The notes under the pieces are model-generated. The model made no database searches and was not told the origin of the DNA. It was given only the letters and a program-made list of their open reading frames with translations. Positions 34,031 through 44,067 of a DNA stretch of 64,000 nucleotides are shown here, one piece after another. Position 1 is the first letter of the stretch. Each line of letters begins with the position of its first letter. The DNA is taken from the IMG/VR virus record IMGVR_UViG_3300002220_000322, positions 38,860 through 102,859 of that record; one strand, given 5' to 3'. A program made the translations under genes and the position numbers. The DNA comes from a virus (taxonomy: Duplodnaviria; Caudoviricetes).

Positions 34031-36350
34031 TAATTTCCTTGTTTACTACTTGCTTTAAGAGGTACAGTTTGACAAAAAGGCTTTCCTCCTTCTTCCATAC
34101 AATGTATAGTTAATTTAGAAACCTCTTCTGCCATTTCTTCTGGACACTCTATCAATAATTCATCATGAATAATATTCACAATTTTTACAATATTCCACCA
34201 TCCTCTATTTAATATTTCTTTAAATAATAAAATAGCTCCATACTTTGTTATATCGGATGACGTACCCTGAATAGGATAATTTTGACTCATGCGCTGAATA
34301 TCACTTTTACTTTTGTTAAAATTTCTAGACTTTTCGCCATATTCTGGATCATAATACTTATTATACCTATCCTCCATATATTCTTTATATAGAAAATAAT
34401 CTGTAGTATCCTTATTGAAGAAATATTTTCTTTTAGTTACTCTATTAAATTCTATATAACCCTTTTTAGAAGCTTTGTTAAAAACCCAGTCAAAGTATTG
34501 TTTCATAACAGGAAAAGATTGAAAATAAGAATTATAAACAAACTCTCCGTCTTTTTTTGGTATATTACAGTTTTTAGCTATAGTAGCTCCATTTCCACCA
34601 TATGCTATCGCAAAACCCGCAGCCTTAGCTATTTGGCGTTTATTTGCATGATTTTTAGCAATAAAATCTAAAGCTTCTTTAGATACTTCTTCTATAGAAC
34701 ATATCCTTAACTGTGGATACATTAAGAAAGCTATATAAGAATGCATATCTTTTAAACCCTTAGCATAAAATTTAATTAATCCAGGTTCTTTACTATGGTT
34801 GGCTAATACTATTGTTTCTTGCAAGCCTAATCAACTTGGACTTTCTCTTTACCTTAGAATATAATTCCTTAGGTATACCGTGTAAAGTCTCTACACCTTC
34901 TTAAATTAAATTTAAGCTTGGCTCGGGATTGGAGGTTGCGATCTCTTTCCCCGAATTTACGGTAACTAACTTAGTAAATTTCTCTACTAAGGGGCCAAAT
35001 TTTTCATATTTTCTTTTTAAAAAATATGACGCATCTTTATAAATTAAATTTTGAAATTTATAAATATCTTTTTGTTTATATATTAAATTAATAATATACA
35101 AAGATAAGAAAATTTATCCAGAAATCTGCTTTATAACAAAATTTAATTTGATTAGTTATTTAACCACTATAATCAGCATCAATCATAATACACCCCTTCT
35201 CTGGAACAAAACATCCCCTAAACTCATAAGTAGATGGTATATTTTGCATATTAGGCTTGTTTTCCCTCTTATCTCCACTACTTAGTCTTCCAGTATCCAT
35301 TAATTGTTTGTAAGAGGTATGTATTCTGTTAGTTACAGGATTTATATAATTTTTCCAATTATATCCATAAGTACTAATTTCCTTTTGAACTTCCTTATAT
35401 TCTAAATAAGGAGTTAAAATAGGAAAATCTTTTTTTTGGGGAGATAATACTTTAGCATCAATAGATTCTTTTTCTTCTCCTCTTTCTTTTATTATAGTAT
35501 TAATACCATAACTTTTAAATAAAGAAGTTACTTGTTTAGGAGAATCCCAATTAATAACAACTTCTCTTTTACCAGTCCAAAGATTTAACATAGGAGATAA
35601 AAATTCTTCTTTATTGTCGTTATAAATAAACTCGTCTAGAGCTTCTTTCATAACTTCAACTTTAGAAATATTATTATCTGTATTTAGTTTCCATTTATTG
35701 TAATCCAATTTTATACCACAATATTCTATATAGGCTAAAACAACAACAAAGGAATTATCTAAATTTAAAGCTCCTAAAAGATCATTCTCATGTATTTGTT
35801 CTAGTTGTTTTTCTTTTATTAATGGTAGATATTTTACGTCTTCCGAGGAATAAAGTAGAACTTTATCACTTAATCCTTTAGTAATTATATCCCCCCTTAC
35901 ACTTTTATCTAAATGTACACCACAATATTTAAAACAAATAGTTTCCAAGTCCCTACCACTATATTGCAAACCATTAGTTAAAATAATTTCTGCTAACATA
36001 GTATCATATACATTTTTTATAATAACATCTTGTGTAAAAAGAAATTTTAAATCAAATTTTGCATTCTGTAAAATAAATAAAGTATCAGTGGTATTTAGAT
36101 AATTTTTAAGGGTAATAGGAATTTTACCTCCATAACTATTTATATCAAATAATATTTGAAAATCATAATTACCTAGTTGAAGTAATAAGAGTTTTTTAGT
36201 GAATGGATCTAAACCTTCAGTTTCAGTATCCAATCCTAATTCTTGGTATCCTTTTAATAACTCTATAGAATCTTCTAAAGGTATTATTTTATATAAAGAA
36301 GAATCATATAGAGTTATTTGATTAGTAACTAAATATACAATATTAGACAT
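34018..36350 (-). CDS. polA: family A DNA polymerase with 3'-5' exonuclease, spliced (exons 36350-35163 and 34821-34018)
   Basis: DTET, NAKFD, TGRLSS, motif A DADYSG|QE, motif B RQIAKAAGFAIAYG, NYPIQG and motif C IHDE. Confidence 0.93.
34822..35162 (-). mobile_element. group I intron in polA motif A with a LAGLIDADG remnant
   Basis: U|...G boundaries; core GTGTAGAGACT / AAGAGAAAGTCC; fragment IYKDASYFLKRKYEKF. Confidence 0.85.
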
Positions 36351-36609
36351 CTTGATCAACAGGCTCAACGAAATAATCTATGGCATCTTCTCTTTCTTGG
36401 TTATATATCTCCATTGCCACCTCATAAGAAACATCTTCTTCTTCCATAATATCGTCTATTGTTCTAAAAGGATCTATATCATATTCAGCCATAGCGGCAT
36501 TTATTGCTATCTCTACAACATCTATAAATTCTCCTTCAACTTCTCCATGACAAGGAAGATCTACGTCTTCTCCCTCATATTTTCCTCCGTAAATAATATA
36601 TTTTCTCAT
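36343..36609 (-). CDS. acidic hypothetical protein
   Basis: ORF in operon. Confidence 0.55.
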   Translation of the reverse strand: MRKYIIYGGKYEGEDVDLPCHGEVEGEFIDVVEIAINAAMAEYDIDPFRTIDDIMEEEDVSYEVAMEIYNQEREDAIDYFVEPVDQDV

Positions 36610-36619
36610 AATTATTGTT

Positions 36620-37480
36620 TTATAATTTAAACCCTTTAAAGGAAGCTACTTGTTCAATTTGTTCCATTCTACTTTCCCAATCAGAAATATGTTTTCTTAC
36701 ATCTTCTTCAAGAGTAAATAATGCCTTATTTCGTAAAGTCTCAAGTTGAGTAGTAGTCAAGTCAAGATACTTTTTATTATGCTTGAGGTTTAATAAAGCC
36801 CTCATCTCAGTATAATTTAGTCCCTTCGAGTTTATATGAAGTCTTTCTACTTCTTTTATATTTAGTCTTTCTCTTATAACAGTTATTCTGTCTACAAGTT
36901 TACCTTCTGAATCATATTCTACTAAATCTTTAGCTTCTGAAGGAGTGAGCCAAATTCCTTGTTTTAAGATAAAATTTCTTGTAATAGGTTTTTTATTAAA
37001 AGTACCCAACCTATCCAAGCAACCGTCTATAATTAAACTTAATGGAACTTGTTCAAATTCATTAGGAACTTTAGAAAAAGCATGGGATAATATAGGTTTA
37101 ACATTTTTTAATATTTCCCTATTATTAACTAAGAAAGTACTAATCATATTCATAAGATTAAAACGGGTAATAGAAGACTCTTCTTCAATATACCTAATGA
37201 ATAGTTCTGCCCCACAACGATCTCTTTGTTCAGCAATTGTTTCTAATAAAACATATCTTCCAGGATATCTAACATCTTTATTGAATAACATAGCTTTACA
37301 CTTGTTATAACAATTAGAAAGTTCAGATTGATCCATATCTACTAATTTTTTTTCAGATTGTATATATCTGCCGTTATCATCTAATTTTTTTTCGCCCCTC
37401 CAAATAAGGGAGCTAAGATCTGGTGAATTTTTAGCCATAAAGGCTTCTTTAAGTCGTTCTCCAATTAAGGTAGTTTCCAT
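36620..37480 (-). CDS. hypothetical protein
   Basis: Long ORF. Confidence 0.7.
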   Translation of the reverse strand: METTLIGERLKEAFMAKNSPDLSSLIWRGEKKLDDNGRYIQSEKKLVDMDQSELSNCYNKCKAMLFNKDVRYPGRYVLLETIAEQRDRCGAELFIRYIEEESSITRFNLMNMISTFLVNNREILKNVKPILSHAFSKVPNEFEQVPLSLIIDGCLDRLGTFNKKPITRNFILKQGIWLTPSEAKDLVEYDSEGKLVDRITVIRERLNIKEVERLHINSKGLNYTEMRALLNLKHNKKYLDLTTTQLETLRNKALFTLEEDVRKHISDWESRMEQIEQVASFKGFKL

Positions 37481-37481
37481 C

Positions 37482-37778
37482 TTATAAAATTATTTCTGTA
37501 TTAGAAACCTCTGATTTATTTAAGAAATTTCTAAAGTAAATATTAGAATATTTATACTTGTTATAAACATCTGTTAAAGGGTCATAATACTCTTCACCTG
37601 CATTTACTACTTCCACTTGTACAAACCCTTCATCTCCTATATTAATTATTGGAGCCTGCCAATTAGGTAACTTTGTACACATTAAATATTCTCCAGTTTC
37701 AGTATTCTTAAATACATACATAGTATAATTACCCTCTCGAATAGCTAATAGTTTAGCAGGAATTATTTTTTTATTCAC
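37482..37778 (-). CDS. hypothetical protein
   Basis: ORF in operon. Confidence 0.55.
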   Translation of the reverse strand: MNKKIIPAKLLAIREGNYTMYVFKNTETGEYLMCTKLPNWQAPIINIGDEGFVQVEVVNAGEEYYDPLTDVYNKYKYSNIYFRNFLNKSEVSNTEIIL

Positions 37779-37930
37779 TCTTCAAATTCAGTAAAAATAT
37801 CAGACTCGGCTGATTTTACTATAACTACATTTTTATGACTTTTAAGATATTTATCTTTTTCATTTTCGTCAAAAGGAAGAATGTCTAATAACTCATTAGT
37901 TTCGATTGAATATACTAAATATACCATAAT

Positions 37931-38440
37931 TTACAGAGTTAGTAGAGAATATACTCTTTTAGCCCTTTCAAATATATCAGCATCTTGCCTCATTATTGCT
38001 AATGCAGCTCGACTAGTATTTTCTTCTTCTATTTGTTCTTTTATTAATTTCTCATATAACCAAGAGGCAGTCATAATATCTCCTTCTTGTACACAAGCAT
38101 CATGAATCTTATAGATGAGATTTGTAGTTTCTATTTCTCTTACAACAGTAAGCTCAAAAGGTTTTACAAAATTATCTATCTTACTAACATTATTACTTGG
38201 GATAGAAGGATAAACAAATTTTATATCAGCTTCCGTAAGAAAATGATAAATCCAATCATGGTGAGTATATTCTTCATGAGCTCTTTCATGATAATAATTT
38301 TCTAATTGAATTATTCCTTCCACTCCATAATAATTAGCAAAAGTCTTATATAAATTATAATTCATTAGTTCGTGAGCAAGTTGCTCTACTAATAACTTAG
38401 TAATTTTTTCATTAATTAATTGATCTTTTCTTTCTAACAT
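37931..38440 (-). CDS. ferritin
   Basis: EQ..HE..Y, EE..H, E and EQIEEE ferroxidase pattern. Confidence 0.88.
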   Translation of the reverse strand: MLERKDQLINEKITKLLVEQLAHELMNYNLYKTFANYYGVEGIIQLENYYHERAHEEYTHHDWIYHFLTEADIKFVYPSIPSNNVSKIDNFVKPFELTVVREIETTNLIYKIHDACVQEGDIMTASWLYEKLIKEQIEEENTSRAALAIMRQDADIFERAKRVYSLLTL

Positions 38441-38699
38441 TTTTAGGTCTTTTTATATAAGGTGTGAACCCATTGTTAATTAACCACTCCTTAGGAGCAG
38501 CGTGTAAATCACAGTATATAGAGATATATTCGTTTATATGAAAACACTCTATTATATTATTAATCTCAGAATAGGTATAATAAAATTTATTTTTTACTAA
38601 AGAAAAAACATTTTTATATTTTATATATACCATAACTTGATATATAAATCTATTTTCAGTATCTAATAATACTCCTTGTTTATTATTCTCGTAAAGCAC
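38412..38699 (-). CDS. hypothetical protein
   Basis: ORF in operon. Confidence 0.45.
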   Translation of the reverse strand: MLYENNKQGVLLDTENRFIYQVMVYIKYKNVFSLVKNKFYYTYSEINNIIECFHINEYISIYCDLHAAPKEWLINNGFTPYIKRPKNVRKKRSIN

Positions 38700-38961
38700 T
38701 AGTTAATTTTTTTATAGAATTTGCTTGCAACTTATATTCTTCTAGATACTCTCCTAAAGTATAAACTTCTTTCTTTTTAGCTATCCTATAATTAATTATT
38801 ACTTGAATACAATGTTCAAGGGGCATTCCATATCCATAAATTTTTAATTCTTCTGATCTTTTTTCAGGATTCTTTGCATTTTTAACATATAATAAATATA
38901 AATTAAATTTACTACAATGTTCCTCAAATTCGATCATAAAATCTTCCTCCCTAATTTCCAT
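38683..38961 (-). CDS. hypothetical protein
   Basis: ORF in operon. Confidence 0.55.
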   Translation of the reverse strand: MEIREEDFMIEFEEHCSKFNLYLLYVKNAKNPEKRSEELKIYGYGMPLEHCIQVIINYRIAKKKEVYTLGEYLEEYKLQANSIKKLTSALRE

Positions 38962-39376
38962 AGAAGGTAGTTTTAATTATTTTTCTTAGTTTTTTATTAT
39001 TTTGGACATTATAAGAAGGATTCCAAGCTCCTTTTAGTGTGTGACTTTTAAAGGAAAATTCTTTAGGAGAAATCATTTTTTTTATTGTATTAGATAACCT
39101 ATGATTTCTTTTATAAATATTAATACCATCAATTATACCTACTCTGGGAATATAAATAGCTACATGAGGAAAACTGTCGTGATTTTTAAGTCCTTCTCTT
39201 ATATCTCCTATAGTATAATCAAATATTACAACTTTGTGTTCTATTTTATGCTTTTTTAAGGTTATACTTAAATAATTAGCAAAATGTATACAACCTCCGC
39301 TGTTAATACTTTTTATTCCCTGAGACTGAATCTCATTTTGTATTTTGTTAATTTTTTCCTTTATAACTTTAGACAT
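38951..39376 (-). CDS. hypothetical protein, possible papain-like Cys-His-Asp triad
   Basis: NSGGC..F, HV and IIDG. Confidence 0.45.
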   Translation of the reverse strand: MSKVIKEKINKIQNEIQSQGIKSINSGGCIHFANYLSITLKKHKIEHKVVIFDYTIGDIREGLKNHDSFPHVAIYIPRVGIIDGINIYKRNHRLSNTIKKMISPKEFSFKSHTLKGAWNPSYNVQNNKKLRKIIKTTFYGN

Positions 39377-39378
39377 AT

Positions 39379-39930
39379 TTATAGAATTTTAGTTATTATA
39401 CCTCTTTCCAAAGCCTCTGTAGAACTATACCACTCATCAAATAGTAAGGTTTCAGAAAGTCCCTTTAAAATTGTTTTTTCTTCAATAATATTAAATATTT
39501 CTTTTTGAAGTGTTTCTACTAGTTCTAAATTAATTTTTAATTCAGTAACTTTACCAAAAGAGTCTGCCTGGGCTTGATGAAACATAATTCTAGAGTGTTT
39601 TAGAGAGGCCCTTTCTTCTCCCATCAGCATTAATACAGCAGCCATAGAACAAGCCATACCTACACAAACAGTTCTTATAGGACTTTTGATAATTTTTGAA
39701 ATATCATATATAGCCAGTCCTGCTAATATACTTCCTCCTGGACTATTTATATATATATTGATGGTATCATTTTTTATAGAGTCTAAGTATAACATTTGGG
39801 CAATGACCCCATTAGCTAGATCATCTGTAATTACGCCATCAATAAATATGATTCTTTCTTGGATTAATTTAGAAAATACATCCATTACTACTGCGTTTTT
39901 AGCTCTTTCTTCTACTATAGTTCTAAACAT
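39379..39930 (-). CDS. clpP: ClpP protease
   Basis: DVFSKL..ERIIF, YINSPGG, GMACSMA and RIMFHQ. Confidence 0.93.
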   Translation of the reverse strand: MFRTIVEERAKNAVVMDVFSKLIQERIIFIDGVITDDLANGVIAQMLYLDSIKNDTINIYINSPGGSILAGLAIYDISKIIKSPIRTVCVGMACSMAAVLMLMGEERASLKHSRIMFHQAQADSFGKVTELKINLELVETLQKEIFNIIEEKTILKGLSETLLFDEWYSSTEALERGIITKIL

Positions 39931-39944
39931 CTTTTTACTTTTTA

Positions 39945-40160
39945 TTATTCTATTATACTATCTATTAGAGATTGTTTACTTGAAAATACTTCTGAAGACT
40001 CTTTTGTAATTAAACCAGACCCTAGATTTATTTTATATATCTCTAACTGCATACAATTGCTTTTTAAAATGTCAATACTAAAAACACTACCTTTATGAAC
40101 TTTACTTTTGTCTATAAACCAAACTACTTGATTAATATCAAATTTTGTATCAATTTTCAT
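39945..40160 (-). CDS. hypothetical protein
   Basis: ORF in operon. Confidence 0.5.
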   Translation of the reverse strand: MKIDTKFDINQVVWFIDKSKVHKGSVFSIDILKSNCMQLEIYKINLGSGLITKESSEVFSSKQSLIDSIIE

Positions 40161-40560
40161 TATTTATATTTATTTTAGTGGCATGTACAGCTAACATATC
40201 ACAGTAAGAGTTAAAAGTATTTCCAGCATGTCCTTTTACATGTTTCCAATTAATATTTAATTCAGGAATTACTTCTTCCATTTCAACCCAAAGATCTAAA
40301 TTCTTATTCTTTTTCCAGTTTTTAGTCATTGTTCCTATTAAATACATAGAATCACTATATAAAGTAAATTCTTTTATATTTTGAGTTTTCATGTACTTAA
40401 TAGCTTCGATGGATGCTTGAACTTCCATCCTATTATTTGTAGTATTTAAAACAGAATCATATTTACTAAATATTTTTTTTCCATCTTTTAAAACTACAAA
40501 AGCCCATCCACCTTGATTTCTAGAATTAGCATAAGCACCGTCGGTATAAATTTCTATCAT
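40150..40560 (-). CDS. rnhA: ribonuclease HI
   Basis: IYTDGA, TTNNRME, SDS.Y, NLDLW and HVKGHAG. Confidence 0.93.
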   Translation of the reverse strand: MIEIYTDGAYANSRNQGGWAFVVLKDGKKIFSKYDSVLNTTNNRMEVQASIEAIKYMKTQNIKEFTLYSDSMYLIGTMTKNWKKNKNLDLWVEMEEVIPELNINWKHVKGHAGNTFNSYCDMLAVHATKININNEN

Positions 40561-40799
40561 CTAGTAAGAGTTAGTCTAGCATCGGGCATGGAAGATAGAT
40601 AGTATATTAATATACCAGTGTTTTTTTTAGACAGTCTTCCTTCTAAAACTGTAAATAAATCTATAATTTTTTCTGGAGTATAAGACTCTACAAAAGAAAT
40701 TAATGGGTTATTGGGATCCAGGGCTCCATATCCATAGTAATTAATAAACATACTAACTTCTGGAGTTTTAGAATTTTTTTTATAAATATTTAATACCAT
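40557..40799 (-). CDS. hypothetical protein
   Basis: ORF in operon. Confidence 0.45.
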   Translation of the reverse strand: MVLNIYKKNSKTPEVSMFINYYGYGALDPNNPLISFVESYTPEKIIDLFTVLEGRLSKKNTGILIYYLSSMPDARLTLTR

Positions 40800-41098
40800 T
40801 ATAATATTCTCCCATGAATTATGTTATCATCATTTTCTTGGTTAATAACTAATGTTTTAATTTTCCGTTGGTCTGAGGAATTAAACTCATTAGACATTTC
40901 TCCTGTTGCAGAGTTATAATACATAAAATCCCTAGGCAATATTTTAACTACTTGTAAGTAAGAGTCATAACTTTTAGAGGAGATAAGATCTCCTTCTTTT
41001 AAATCTGCTTCAGTATTATAAGAATACCTTTTTAACTTAGAAATTTCAGAATCTAATTCTAATTTTCTTTTTGTAAATACAACTAATACAGTTTTCAT
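40799..41098 (-). CDS. hypothetical protein
   Basis: ORF in operon. Confidence 0.55.
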   Translation of the reverse strand: MKTVLVVFTKRKLELDSEISKLKRYSYNTEADLKEGDLISSKSYDSYLQVVKILPRDFMYYNSATGEMSNEFNSSDQRKIKTLVINQENDDNIIHGRIL

Positions 41099-41100
41099 AA

Positions 41101-41364
41101 CTATAAATTTAATAATTCTTTTAAAATTGCTTCCCTAGCTTCTTCATAAGAAACATAAAGAATAACTTTTGTGTTTTTTCTATCTATTTTTTTATTTTTT
41201 CTTACATCTATAAAAAAATTATTTATCTGCCATTTTTCGTGATATGTACTAAAGAAAATTTCAGGATGTAATCCCTTTTTAGTCCTTAACCACTCTTGGA
41301 TATCAGAAGTTTTATCTTCTCCATCATATCCTTTTAATTTTGCTAATTCTAAAAGCTCCTTCAT
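41101..41364 (-). CDS. hypothetical protein
   Basis: ORF in operon. Confidence 0.55.
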   Translation of the reverse strand: MKELLELAKLKGYDGEDKTSDIQEWLRTKKGLHPEIFFSTYHEKWQINNFFIDVRKNKKIDRKNTKVILYVSYEEAREAILKELLNL

Positions 41365-41406
41365 ATTGGAATAAAAAAAGGCAGCCCAAGAGAGCTACCT
41401 TATTAG

Positions 41407-41480
41407 TACTCCCAGCAGGATTCTAACCTGCAACTTCCACCTTAGAAGGGTGGTGCTCTATACCTTTGAGCTATGGGAGC
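41407..41480 (-). tRNA. tRNA-Arg(UCU)
   Basis: Cloverleaf; CCACC-CT TCT AA-GGTGG; variant T-loop. Confidence 0.85.
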
Positions 41481-41812
41481 AATTGTCCCCAAGTATCGTT
41501 AAAGAGTTTATCAGTTTTTATTAGTTTAACAAATTCTTCTTTAGTAATATTACCAAGAAGTTCTTGTTTCCATAACTCTATACTGTTACCTTCATATTCT
41601 TTTATTTTTTCCATAAATTTAGTGATATATTTACCGTATATATTAGATATAAGAGTTTCATATCCAACTATTATACCTGATAAAGTACATATCCTATTTT
41701 TAGGAATAAAATAAGCAGAAGATAATCCATAGTGAAGAACTGCTTCTTCCTCAAACCAAGGCTCTTCCATAAATACTTGAGATTCTGGCCATTCAATTAA
41801 AACATAATCCAT
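41471..41812 (-). CDS. hypothetical protein
   Basis: ORF between tRNAs. Confidence 0.55.
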   Translation of the reverse strand: MDYVLIEWPESQVFMEEPWFEEEAVLHYGLSSAYFIPKNRICTLSGIIVGYETLISNIYGKYITKFMEKIKEYEGNSIELWKQELLGNITKEEFVKLIKTDKLFNDTWGQLLP

Positions 41813-41831
41813 ATAATCATTTTTAAATTAG

Positions 41832-42220
41832 TAGCAAGGACGGGAGTTGAACCCGCATCGAGTGGCTTCACATTTGTGTATATTTCTATACTCTGTGGAC
41901 TATATCATCACCCTCGTCTTTACGTTAGGGTGGTGAGTACTTAATCTGGTTATTAAGAAGACTTTACTTCTCCAGTAGTCTCTACACCTTCTGAAAGTGT
42001 ACTTTCAGCTTGGCTCGGTATTGTCATATCAATTGACTTAGATTCTACCGAATTCACTCACTTTTTCAATAAATCTTTCGATTTAAAGTCACTATTTTCA
42101 AAAATAAATAATTCTGGATTGTGTTCTTCTGCGTGACAGTTAAAACATAATAAATACATTCCTTTTTCATTTACTTTTTTTCTAATGAGACCCTCCAGTT
42201 ACCATTACTAGCACCTTGCA
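41832..42220 (-). tRNA. tRNA-Met(CAU), initiator-like, split by a group I intron
   Basis: Exons 42220-42185 and 41868-41832; acceptor TGCAAGG/CCTTGCT with a 1:72 mismatch; imperfect anticodon stem. Confidence 0.75.
41869..42184 (-). mobile_element. group I intron immediately 3' of the CAU anticodon, with an HNH remnant
   Basis: Core GTGTAGAGACTA / GATATAGTCC, terminal G, and fragment LLCFNCHAEEH. Confidence 0.82.
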
Positions 42221-42224
42221 TGTG

Positions 42225-42296
42225 AGCAGATAAAGAGATTCGAACTCTCAACTTTTAGTTTGGAAAACTAACACTCTACCATTGAGCTATATCTGC
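42225..42296 (-). tRNA. tRNA-Gly(UCC)
   Basis: Cloverleaf. Confidence 0.9.
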
Positions 42297-42300
42297 ATAG

Positions 42301-42373
42301 TCGGGGTAGGAGGACTCAAACCTCCGATCTCTGCATCCCAAATGCAGCGCGATATCAACTTCGCTATACCCCG
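42301..42373 (-). tRNA. tRNA-Pro(UGG)
   Basis: Cloverleaf. Confidence 0.88.
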
Positions 42374-42604
42374 GTGTATTCTCATTAATAGCTCTTCCTT
42401 TTCTATTAACAGAATACTGAATTATTTCATTTATGGTTCCCTAAAGAAATTAATTAAACAAAAGAAGAGAAGTATATAAGACTGCCCCCTCCACAGCCCC
42501 TCTATATATTTTAAATGCCCGCAGGTAAGCATTGGAAGAATTAAACTACTAAAAGTTTTTGAAAGTTAGTTACAATAGCCTCTGCCCTTGTTTTTAATTC
42601 CATG

Positions 42605-42678
42605 TGTCCTTGCCAGGAGTCGAACCTGGCCCGCTACCTTAAAAGGGTAGAGCAATACAACCGGTTTGCTACAAGGAC
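42605..42678 (-). tRNA. tRNA-Lys(UUU)
   Basis: Cloverleaf. Confidence 0.85.
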
Positions 42679-42759
42679 GGCCTAAGTGTGGTACTCTAGC
42701 CAACTGAGTTAAGGGAGAATGTGTAAAGTATAAATGTACTTTAAATTATTACATAATTG

Positions 42760-42831
42760 CGGTCTATAAGGGAATCGAACCCTTCTCATCTGATAGACAG
42801 TCAGATATTCTAGCCACTAAACTAATAGACC
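42760..42831 (-). tRNA. tRNA-Asp(GUC)
   Basis: Cloverleaf. Confidence 0.9.
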
Positions 42832-42835
42832 ATAG

Positions 42836-42908
42836 TAGGTTCACTCAGACTTGAACTGAGATTACATGAGTATCAGTCATGCTTCCTAACCAATTAGAAG
42901 ATGAACCT
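42836..42908 (-). tRNA. tRNA-Ile(GAU)
   Basis: Cloverleaf. Confidence 0.88.
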
Positions 42909-43117
42909 AAGTAAAATAAATATCCTTCCGTACACGGCTACTTTTAATAGCGGCTTCTGTACTCCCTTCTTTCTTATTAAATTTCTAATCCTTATAAGTT
43001 ATAGGTTTCCTCCGAGTATATCCTCTGTGATATTGCATGCATTACAGTAATATACGAAAGGTTAGAACTTTTTGTGAAGGCTAGCTACTCCTTCCTTGGA
43101 TATTTATTTTTAAAATG

Positions 43118-43200
43118 TGGGAGGTGATGGAGTCGAACCACCCGAGTCGTTAAACACTTGATTTACAGTCAAGCCCGCTACCCCTACGGTATAACCTCCC
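43118..43200 (-). tRNA. tRNA-Tyr(GUA)
   Basis: Cloverleaf with long variable arm. Confidence 0.9.
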
Positions 43201-43212
43201 AATTTATAATTG

Positions 43213-43296
43213 CGGAAAGTAAAGGATTCGAACCTTTGGACCATTAAGATCACATCCTTAGCAGGGATGTACAATAAACCTCTCTGACAACTTTCC
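43213..43296 (-). tRNA. tRNA-Ser(GCU)
   Basis: Cloverleaf with long variable arm and G73. Confidence 0.9.
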
Positions 43297-43300
43297 TTAG

Positions 43301-43375
43301 TGGAGACATAAGGAATTGAACCTTAGCCTTGGGATTTTCAGTCCCACGTACAACAACCACCTATACGATATCTCC
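43301..43375 (-). tRNA. tRNA-Phe(GAA)
   Basis: Cloverleaf. Confidence 0.85.
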
Positions 43376-43391
43376 TTTTCATATTAGGTTG

Positions 43392-43465
43392 AGCGCATAG
43401 CTGGATTCGAACCAGCGATATGCAAATTTGCAGTTTGCCGGCTTAGACCTCTCACCCATACGCGC
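43392..43465 (-). tRNA. tRNA-Cys(GCA)
   Basis: Cloverleaf with U73. Confidence 0.9.
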
Positions 43466-43469
43466 ATTA

Positions 43470-43673
43470 CTACCATTGGTTATGTAAATAGTCTAAATAA
43501 TCTTCAGCAGCGGTTTGTTCGGGATCTGGTATTCTTTTACTTATAAATATTTTTAAAGTTTTACCATCATCCTGATAATCAAAATGAACATTATTATCTT
43601 CTTTCCAATTTACATAACTTCTGCCTTCTTCGTCAATAACTTCTACTCTAGTTACTTTTTTTAAATTTTTCAT
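43470..43673 (-). CDS. hypothetical protein
   Basis: ORF VTRVEVIDEEGRSYV..QDDGKTLKIF. Confidence 0.6.
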   Translation of the reverse strand: MKNLKKVTRVEVIDEEGRSYVNWKEDNNVHFDYQDDGKTLKIFISKRIPDPEQTAAEDYLDYLHNQW

Positions 43674-43850
43674 GTTTTTCTATTAAAAATTAGTTGAACA
43701 ATACTTTCTTTGATTTCCAGTTAATTCTTTTACTAAATTTCACAAAATAATTTTTCTCTTATACCTTTAAATATTAGGTTAATAATATCTAAAAGTAAGA
43801 AAAATTTTTGTAAAGTTATATAAAAGTAATAAAAATGTGGAAATCAGTTT

Positions 43851-43930
43851 TGGTGGGCCTGGAGGGTCTCGAACCCACCTGTCACCAACTACGCTTTCTA
43901 TTGGTTATGAGCCAAAGGCGATACAGGCCC
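43851..43930 (-). ncRNA. non-canonical tRNA-like RNA, CAU anticodon, no D-arm at the normal position
   Basis: 7-bp acceptor plus ACCA, T arm and anticodon arm. Confidence 0.65.
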
Positions 43931-43989
43931 AAAATTTCATAATCTTTACGTTTAACCAGTTAAACTACAGGCTAATTAAAAGTTTTTAG

Positions 43990-44061
43990 CGGTTCCATCA
44001 GGGTATGATCCTGAAACAAATGATTAACAGTCATCCGTGATACCAATTTCACCATAGAACC
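43990..44061 (-). tRNA. tRNA-Asn(GUU)
   Basis: Cloverleaf with atypical T-loop. Confidence 0.8.
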
Positions 44062-44067
44062 AATTAG

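Noticed and set aside
12273-36350. Inteins or programmed frameshifts explaining the split genes
   Set aside because: The insertions contain stops and group I core elements, and show no intein terminal motifs.
42470-42590. Further copy of the ncRNA motif (GGAAG...TAGCC)
   Set aside because: Lacks the intact AGAAGTA loop and paired stems; too degenerate to call.
42913-43110. RNase P RNA
   Set aside because: Only a partial GAGGAAA match, no P4 partner sequence, and too short.
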